Below, piece by piece: positions 55,501-64,000 of a stretch of 64,000 nt of DNA; positions within the stretch are counted from its first letter, which is position 1, and every line of letters begins with the position of its first letter. Under the pieces are notes generated by a model. The model saw only the letters and a program-made list of their open reading frames with translations. It did not search any database and was not told the DNA's origin. This DNA comes from Lama glama (Eukaryota), in NCBI GenBank assembly GCA_028534125.1, contig CM052818.1, forward strand, positions 5,706,001-5,770,000, in the 5' to 3' direction. A program made the translations under genes and the position numbers.

Positions 55501-58500
55501 TCTTCTCAGGAAAAGAGACCCACGTGTGGGTGGATAACCCACAAGGCACTGAAACGGGGAAATGGGACCTGGGAAACAAGTTCAAGTTCAAACCTCAGGC
55601 CTAGGGGGCCTGCCAGTCGGTGGGGAAGAGGTATCGGAAAAAGAAAGAGCTCTCTGGTCCTGTCCTGCTGAATAACAACCAACAGCCCGGGTATTTACAA
55701 CCAATGAATAATGAACATGCTATCATGTTGTGTTGGGAAGTGTACGGAAAAAACCTAAAGAAATGGGAATTCCTCAGCAACGATTAATTTCAAGTTAGCA
55801 TATGCTGTCGGGAACGACACTGCTATCACTCAAAACGTCAATGATTTACTTCCTCCTATCTTCTAAATGAGTCAGAATCATACACATTTAAATCGATGGT
55901 AACATTTAAGACTTGGTATTGTGTCAAAATGAAGGGGGGGGAAAAGACTATAAAATGTTGCTTAAACTTGTTAAACTCATAAAAAGTTGCAGTGATTTTA
56001 AAAGTACTACTTGGTAAACTTATTTATAGGTACAGCATTTCCCTTCTGTGGAAAAATAACGATTTCACTTAAGTTTTTTAAAGACCCATGCATAACACTT
56101 CACACTCAAGGTTCTTTGCCTCATGATTATAAATCCTATTAATTGTAAATGGAGTTGTGAAGGCTATTAAGGAAAGAATCCATTGCAGAAATGTATTTTT
56201 GAGGATTATAAATAATGCAGAATTTATTTTCTCAACTTATTTATCCTGCATGAGTTCATGCCATACACAGTGGTGCACGGAAAAAGCCAGAGTGTAGTTA
56301 CTGCATCTTAAAGAGAGTTAATGACTTAGTTCTGGCTATAATTTATGTTTAACTGTATATACTCATGATACCAAGAAACAACAGGTGTATAATTCAATAA
56401 ATGTAGAAATAAGCTTTTTTTTTCTCAACAGAGAATAAACTCTTTATGATATGTTCTAGTCATTTTTAGGAATTCTGATCCAAGAAGTCCAGAAATATAA
56501 AATAATTTCAAAAAACTGGCACTCTCATATTTTCCTTTAACAAGAACGCATTTCCTAGAGTAAGAAATGCTATTTGGAAAAAAAAAAATGTTCAGAGAGT
56601 GTGTAGCAAAGTGTTGCCAATTGCTTTAATTCTGCACACATGAATGCATTAAATTGATTGAAATTGGATTCTAGTGACAAATATTTAAATGAATATATTC
56701 TCGCATATTTCACATGGTATCTTTTACACCATTTATTAAAATGTCAAATTCGTAAGTGTGGGAAATCCAGCAATTGCCCGATGTAGGTCTGCTTTCTAGA
56801 GTGGCTGCTTTAGACTCCAAAAAGCTTTCTCCAATTCCCATAATCCTGAAATCACGGTACGTTAAATTAAGGATACAGTGAGGGAGATTTTTTATCCTTT
56901 ACCCGACATACACACATTCATCTGCTTGAGTTTTTCAAAACCGATTTTATATACGTGAGGTATATTCATAGATATTAAATAAAATATTCAAACTTTTACT
57001 GGTTCCCCAAAGTCAAATTTTGGAATTATTATTTCAATTCAAGGTGGGAGACTGTATATGATGTTTGGACCCTAACCTTTTAAACAGGTACAATATCCTG
57101 ATGTTTCCTGCTGAATAAGAACCCCCGCCCTACGTGATTTAGAGCAGGGCTCTTTCACTTGGGATTTTGGAAACCTTTAGGCCTAACATCTGCACAACTG
57201 TCAGCTACACTGTGTCATGTGCATTCTGGTTTTATTTCTTTATTTGTAAAAGAATACTTTGCCAAAGTTTTGATGTCATTTTTCAATGTGAAATTAATTT
57301 TTTGCACTCAGGAGACCTGGCAAAAATATTTGCTTCGAAGATAACCTAAATTCAAGTACGACTTTGGTACAAATCTGACAGCTATCATAACCCCAAAAAA
57401 GGCCATGTAAAATGCTATGGTTGCAAACATTTTAGACTGTGTAACAAAAATGACTGAGAACGGTATCCGTTTACTATCCTTCAACTATTTCCCTGACAGT
57501 GGAGTCAAATAATGTTGAATTATAGACCCTCCTCAGGAAGTCTTATTTTGTGTTCATTTTTTGATCATTACCCTGCTAGTCCCTATAGGAATTTGGCCAC
57601 ATGCCGACTTTTCTTTAAAAGTGTCTGTATACATACTTGGGTTGTGTTGGATGATTAAATGATCATTTATTAAAACTTAAGCATTTCACATTTGTTTGAC
57701 ATATTTACGTTTCAGAAGAAAATATTGCTAGTGTGATGGCAAGTGTAACGTTACCAATATGGAAATACTTCCCTGGAACTCATCTGACAGCATTTTCGTT
57801 TCTAAACTGTCTTAATACAACTGCTTATGCGTTCTTCACAGTTTGTCCACTGCCACCTGCGACCGAAGGTAAGCTAGTTTCACAACAGAAGGCCCCATGT
57901 TAACATGGTAACCCTCTTGCCTATCTGCTTGGCCTTAAAAAAACCGAAGTTTCTGCTATGGGACCACAAATAGTCTTTGTTTTTAAAAGTATGGAGTTTT
58001 ACTGCATAATTTTCCCCTCCGTCACCCGGCAACAGCTGTGTTTTAAATCTTTAGGACTATGACAAACATTTTAACATTTAAACATATGAGTGTTTGAAAA
58101 CATAATGATTTAAAATTTGTTTATTTTCAAAGTTGGGCAATTATAGCATGATGTTTCAATGACTTTTTTGAAAGCAGCCCCATATTTTAATGCCTTTTTT
58201 TTTCTTCCTCCTCTTTCTCTTCTTCTTCTACTATTTAAGCTTCTCCATGTTTTCTAATCAAAGTCTACAGGACCGATGGCCATAGTCTATGTATTTCCAA
58301 ATCGTGAGCAACGGAATCATTCTGGTGGGAGAGGAATTGCTATTTGAGTGACCCATTGCCACAGAGCTGGTTAAATCACTGAACAATAGTCACTGTTAGG
58401 CAGCTTTACTTTGTACAAAGTAGCGTTAGTGTCATTGCTTTCCATTAACCAGCGAACATGCACTGGGGACTTCCATCGAGAAAGAGAGAGAGAGAGGCCA

Positions 58501-59658
58501 GGAAAAGGGAATAACTTTTGTAATATTAGCATTTAGACTTCGAGACACTGGACAATGTAACTGATCTCAACTATGCGCATATACTCTGTACTTTATTTTT
58601 TTCCTCGAATGTTTTTGAAGTGCCCCGCCTGAGAATCAATACATCCCTAATCTGACATTCACACATAAACACACACACAAAGCCAATCAGAAAACAACAG
58701 TAAAAACACACCTGGTAAACAGCTACCTTTTAAATCAAAGGATACTAAGCAATAAAGAGCCTAGAATGAACATCCCAATTAGCCCCTGTAGTGACAGGCA
58801 GTCAACACCTTATTATTTAATCATTAAAGAGCATCTTGCCATAATTTCCCTTTGACATATTTCAAAAAGGAATAAAGTACCCCACAAGACCCACAACAAC
58901 AATCAAAAGTGAAGTTAGACCATTCTAAGACCCCATCGCTTGCAAGCCCTGTGGACTGAGAGGTTCCAGGATTAAGGCATTAAGTGAGAAGCTCTAAAGT
59001 ATTTACAATTTAAATAAGGTGTGTCCATGTGTAAGCGTTTAGAAACTACCTGACAAAGGGACCATTTTCCTGACCCTCGCTGTTTGTGTCCCGCTTCCTT
59101 ATTGGATGAAAATAAACGGCTTGCATTCCTAGTATTAGTAAATATCCCAGGGCCTCATCTATTTTTTTTTCCCTAAAGCAGCAGATCCAATTCATCAAGA
59201 ACATTAGGCCTCCCCATCCTCATTCCTGAGGAACACCTTCCCAAAAGAGAGAGCTTAAATCTCCCTTGGAGGCGTCCCCACTCCACTTTGCAGAGAGGGG
59301 GTGTTTTCAACCAAGTCCAAGTTCAGTTGTAAGAATTTTATCTCCAACTATGCTTTAGAAACAACATTCCCGACTCTTCAAATTAAGCCGTCACCACCTG
59401 GGTTCCCTGACCCACTGGGGAACCAAAGCGCTCTGGCCCAGGGCCGCCCCGGATCCCCGAGGCCCGGAAGCCTGGCGCTCTCCAGCCTGGGCCGCGCAGC
59501 CCCGGCGGCGGTCCCCCCTTCCCCGGGGAGCCCAGCAGCACTTGGCATTTAACCTGCCTGGCGAGCGTGGCTTTCTGGTTCCATCTCCGCGAGCGACATT
59601 ACTTCTCCCCAGATGTCAGGGACAAATCTGGATTAACATGCAACAGGGCGCCCTGTGC

Positions 59659-59748
59659 AGCCCGCCAGCCCCCGCCCAGGAGCTGTTAAATGCAGATTCA
59701 GCCGAGGACCCCCCGGAGAGCTGCTGTTGAATAAAAATTGTAATCCAA
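59659..59748 (+). repeat. Left arm of a long-range inverted duplication
   Basis: Matches the reverse complement of 61561-61650 at 80/90 positions without gaps; 59719-59748 is a perfect 30-bp match. Confidence 0.95.
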
Positions 59749-61560
59749 AGGGACCGTTTCTTTGCCTTCCACTGTTTGTGGGAGAACCCGGGTTGATGCC
59801 GGAGCACAGGCCCAGCTAGACCCGCTCCCTGCGAGCAGGCCTGGCCGCCACGGGTGGCGGCCTCTGGGGCCGGGGAGCCGAGCTCCTCCCTCCACTCCTC
59901 TCGACTCGTTCTTGGAGTGGAAAATGCTTAGACTCAAGGAGTGGCGAGCAACAGACACCCTGGGAAAGAAGACTTCACTCGACAGCCCCTTCCAGGAGCG
60001 CGGCCTAAAGCCTGGCGTCTGGGTAGCCGGGTTCTTCCCCGCCTAACCCCTCTCGGCGCCCCCGGTTCCACCCTGGGTCCCTCAGACACGCGCCCCGCCT
60101 CCCCTCGCGCCGCGCCCTTCTCCACCGCCAACCAGGCTCAGCTCTGGCCTCGACGCCTCACACGGTGGCCCCCTCTGCGCCAGGCCGACGCCCGGGGTCG
60201 CAGCCGGGCCCTCGCCCCTTGCCGAGGCTCGGAAGCCCCCGCTTCGCCTTCGCTGCCCCCAGGCCCCGGGGCGTCGGGTGCGTCCGTGCGGAGCGGGGAA
60301 GCTGGCCGTCGGGAGAGGGCGCCCGGGAGGCCTGCGCCCGTGGGATGGGGCTCTCGGGCCTGGGACCTCGGGATCTGGGAGTGAAGGGAGGGGGACGATG
60401 GTGGTGGGGAAGGGGGAGAGCGAGCTTATGGCTTATCGCTTACGGCTTCTACTGGCGTCTTAATCTGATAAGAGGAGGAAGAAGAAGAAAAAAACAAACC
60501 AACAATACTACAAGGCCAAGTAGATTTCCACAGACTTAGCCCTCCCGGAAACCGGCTGGTATCAAAGTCGGGGATCCCAGGTTCTGTGCGGGTGGCAGCC
60601 TTCGCGCCCTCTGAGGGAAAATGTAAAATAAACTGGGCCTCCAGCAGGGCCCTAGAGACAGAGGGGTTAATGAGCTAACGAGTCCCCGCGCTGGCACCAC
60701 ACCTGAAGCATCCAGTGCCGCAGCGCACCCTGTGCCGGGACTCAAACTGGCTGGGCCGCATTCGCAGACAGGTGGCGAGGCCGTCCTTTCCGGGCTCGGC
60801 CCTCAGGGCGCCGCACTAGCGGTCCAGCTCCCCCAGGGACCTGAGATCCGGCTCCAGTTGGGAGCACTGGCGCCTACGAGGGGGCCCTGGTGCCTCGTCC
60901 CTCAGTCCCCACTTCCCGGCACAGGGGACTCCACCGCGCTGCCGAGGCAACGTCCCGCGTGCGCCCCGCGACCTAGGCTTCCCTCTCCAAAGGGAGCGCA
61001 GGCACACTCGCTCCCAGCTCCTGGGAAGCGGACCATTCGCAAGCACGGACTCGGGCTTGCTGCCCTCCGTCCGACCAACGGAGACCGGGGAGAGCCCGAG
61101 GGGTCACGCGAGCGCGCCCACGCGCACAGGCCATCCGGGCCACGAGCTCAGCCAGAGCTTCGAAGCCCACTCGTAAGCGGCGGGACCGGACGCACGCTGC
61201 TCATTTTCGAGGTGGGGGAGGAGAGTAAGAGTGAATTGTCACCCAAGACAACTGTCTACCAATCTGCCTGTCTCAAATAAAGGCAATTGAGTAACAAAAG
61301 TTTACCGAAGGAGTAGGAGGAGAACCCAGTGATGTTTCATCAGTTTTGTATCCCCCCCAAACACCTATAACTTTGGTCCTTCATTTTTGACTTTAATAAA
61401 ATAATGATTCGTTGAGAAAATGGGGTATAAATCTTCATTTTGGAGGCAATTAAAGTGTTGATTTCATTCGTGCCCCTAAGCGATTCTTGTAATTTGCTCA
61501 AATAGCTTTATGTACCCAGCACTCCGGAGCTTTTAGAATCCCATTTTCTAGTTAGGCTTG

Positions 61561-61650
61561 TTGGATTACAATTTTTATTCAACAGCAGCTACCCGAGGGT
61601 TCCTCAGCGGAATCAGCATTTAACAGCTCCCGGGCGAGGGCTGGCGGCCT
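61561..61650 (-). repeat. Right arm of a long-range inverted duplication
   Basis: Its reverse complement aligns to 59659-59748 (manual alignment); the spacer is 1812 bp. Confidence 0.95.
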
Positions 61651-63311
61651 GAACCAGGCGGGAGGCCCGGCGGCCCGCGGGGCCGGGGCCGGGGCCGGGA
61701 GCCGCCTGCAGGGTTCCCCCCTAGGCCGGGCCGCGCCGGGATTGCGCTGGCTGCCTGTTCCCCCGTGCACTCGTCTACACTGCCGAAAGTTTGCAACTTG
61801 CCAAAGAGTAGAAAAGACCCGGCTCGTTGGCGCTCTTAAAGCTCAGCTTTGCCTGCCCTCCACTCTTTCGTGGGGAAAGGAGGGATTCAGCCTCCGCCGC
61901 GGGGTCACCCAGAGAAATCCAAGCTGGGAATTTTAAGGGGGTGATGTGGAGAGAAGCAAACTTTAGGAGGACACCAAGACGGAGGAGTCGGGCACTCTGG
62001 CAAGGACTCTGCCAGACAGCCGCCCAACCGTGATCATGGCAGGGCTTGCAAAGGAAAACCTCTGTATGACTGCCTGTCCTTCGGCTTAACAAAGGCAGGC
62101 TGATCTCTCCCCCAAGACGGGACTCACGTGCCAAGTCAGAAAGAGAAACAACTCTGGGCCTTCACTTATATGTGGAGAGGCGCGGGAGGCCCGCAGCCCA
62201 ACTCTCCAGACGCGCTGCAACAATTCGCAACCAAGAGCTGTCCTGAGCCCTGTTTCATCTCACCCACTCCTCACGTTTTCACTTTCATGGCATTTTTGCA
62301 ATTCCTTAGGACCAATCCAGAGATAGCGACAGGAGAGAGAGAAAGAGGGGGGGAGAGAGAGACTGGGAGGAAACAGTGGTGTTGGGGTGAGAGAGAGAGA
62401 TCCCCCCCCCACCAGCCACTCCAAATAAAAGTCGTCCCCACTTAGCAACGCAGCGGAAGAAGGGCCTGCAGGGAGGACGAGCGAGGAGGGGGCGAAGCAG
62501 GCAGAGGCCGGCAGTTGAGAGCAGGGCGGCGCGAGGTCCCCCACCCGCCACACCGAGGGAGTCACCGGGGTGCCTCTGACGCTGACACTTCCAAAAGCTG
62601 CCAACCCAGAGGGCCCAGAGCACGTACCAGCTGGAGGATGAGTGGAAAGGAGGAGGAGAAACGTCCATATTTATCTGTTTTTATAACCTCGGCCTGGTCT
62701 TATTTTTTCTATTAAGTACAATAAAATGGGCGAGCTTGCAGCGGGCATTGCACAAAGCAATGTTCAGTGAGGTCTAGAAGCGTTCGGCCGAGGAAAACTG
62801 ACAAGACAGGCTAATGAACCGTATAGACAGGGAGAAAATAGCCAGCATTTGCTAGATTTCAAACCCTCCCTGTCTCTCTTAGACCACCTATCTTGGATTT
62901 ATTCCTAATAAAATAAGAAATAAGCAGACCCTACACTTTTCTTTTCTTTGAGATAGAAGGGGGGGGTGGAAATGCTCCAGAACAAAGCCCTACAATCAGA
63001 GGCGGTCATTGGCAGTGAACACTCCCATTATTATAGAGGGTAAATAAAATAAAGACAAAAATTAAAAGCGACAAGAAACAGGTCAAGTTTGCAGGCAAAG
63101 CTTTTACAAGCTCATCTCTCCAGGTCGAATCCCAGAGCCAGCCTTAATGAAGCAATAATAGCCACATTATTCAAAAATTTTCATTTCGATGGAAATGTAT
63201 CTAAAAGGGACTTAATCATATGCAAATAATAAAAGGAGGTGGTAGTGACCCAGCAAGCAATATGCATACAGATTTTTTTTTCCAGGGATGTTGAAATTGA
63301 AAAGCGCATAC

Positions 63312-63458
63312 CTGGTCGGTTAGATTTGCTGATCTTGTTATATCTTCACTGTCTGATTTTGATCCTCCTTCTCTATCGTCTATCACCAAATCGATAGGCA
63401 TTTTCCCTTTCAAACAGCTAATATACCGGTGGCAGAAATTGTCACATAATTCGTGTAC
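63312..63458 (-). CDS. MEIS1: MEIS1 internal coding exon (human exon 6 equivalent), C-terminal part of the MEIS/homothorax (PBX-interaction) domain
   Basis: Minus-strand translation [49 protein letters not shown] matches MEIS1 as I recall it. Acceptor ...tttttttatttctgtcataatgtag|GTA, donor CAG|gtatgc; 147 nt, phase 0/0. Confidence 0.97.
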
Positions 63459-64000
63459 CTACATTATGACAGAAATAAAAAAATGGAAATATAATCAGGA
63501 GTACATAAATGACATTGACAAGTGCAGTCCACCCCCCTTGTGAGATTCAAACTTCCAAATAGGGGAAACACAGGGCAATTGTCCTCCAGAGACCCCCAGA
63601 CGCATCCAGAATTAGGAATAACTTTCTTTTCTTGCAAAATAGAGATATCCCAGAAAATTGACAGTGACAAGATGATTCACAGGCTACACCATATTCAACA
63701 CCCGTGTTAAATTCATCTGCTCCCAGGGCTGTGGCCATTAGAGAGGTGACCTGCGTGGGTGACATTTAAGGTAAACTATTTAATTTCGTCCAGTTACTTT
63801 ATCATAAATCCTTTTCCAACATGTCTAATAACAAGCTATATGTATGTATATTCTCCAAAGGGCCAATACTGTGTTGGCATAGGACATATGCCTGACAACC
63901 CAAGTCCTAATAACATTTGTAATTAGGGTTTCCATCCATAAGAGGCATATTTTAGGATGCTTCCTTTAAAAAAAGGCGGGGGGAGGGGGGTTCATGATAC

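Larger units (their letters stand above)
59430..62620. promoter_or_regulatory. Intragenic CpG island (core ~59800-61200, second lobe ~61630-62600)
   Basis: Very GC-rich with abundant CpG (e.g. cgcgccgcgccc, gcgcgcccacgcgc), in sharp contrast to the AT-rich flanks at 53-59 kb. Boundaries are approximate. Confidence 0.85.
42618..63311 (-). other. MEIS1: MEIS1 intron (20,694 nt, GT-AG)
   Basis: Bounded by the canonical donor of the 63312 exon and the acceptor of the 42617 exon; the protein is contiguous across the junction. Confidence 0.93.

Noticed and set aside
59762..61280. Long Pro/Arg/Gly-rich ORFs (up to 182 aa) in the CpG island
   Set aside because: Expected from stop-codon scarcity in GC-rich DNA; they overlap in several frames and show no recognisable domain.
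59659..61650. The inverted repeat as the TIRs of a DNA transposon
   Set aside because: There is no TSD or transposase remnant, identity is highest at the inner rather than outer ends, and the interior is a CpG island. A Dfam search is still needed for formal exclusion.
63216..63413. [15 protein letters not shown]... as a standalone gene
   Set aside because: It is part of the MEIS1 exon plus intron read-through; the real boundaries are the splice sites at 63458 and 63312.
63453..63470. AG|GT at the exon acceptor as a recursive splice site
   Set aside because: GTACAC is a poor donor and is explained by the Val-His codons.
1..64000. Prokaryotic-type systems (CRISPR arrays, operons, rRNA)
   Set aside because: The sequence is clearly mammalian intronic DNA, and no regularly spaced repeat arrays or rRNA-like segments were seen.

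Overview
Mammalian genomic DNA, probably camelid as inferred from the style of its tRNA-derived SINEs. The window lies inside the TALE-homeobox gene MEIS1, which is transcribed on the minus strand. Only two coding exons are present: a 147-nt exon at 63312-63458 (end of the MEIS/HM domain, [12 protein letters not shown]...NLTDQ) and a 112-nt exon at 42506-42617 (PSWNRDHDD...NSSEQG). They are separated by a 20,694-nt intron, and the next intron runs off the left edge, so no homeodomain exon is in the window. The rest is intron: three young SINEs with target-site duplications, L1/L2/MIR/hAT fossils, microsatellites, an intragenic CpG island (~59.4-62.6 kb) and several enhancer-like motif clusters. 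The most striking unexplained structure is a ~90-100 bp inverted duplication (59659-59748 / 61561-61650, 80/90 identical, inner 30 bp perfect) that I do not recognise as any repeat and that brackets the CpG-island core. All five of its transition mismatches become G-U pairs on the MEIS1 sense strand, and each arm carries an inward-facing TGA-AATAAA. This suggests a long-range pre-mRNA duplex that may gate an intronic poly(A) site or a homeodomain-less terminal exon. Repeat boundaries and family names were assigned by eye and are approximate.
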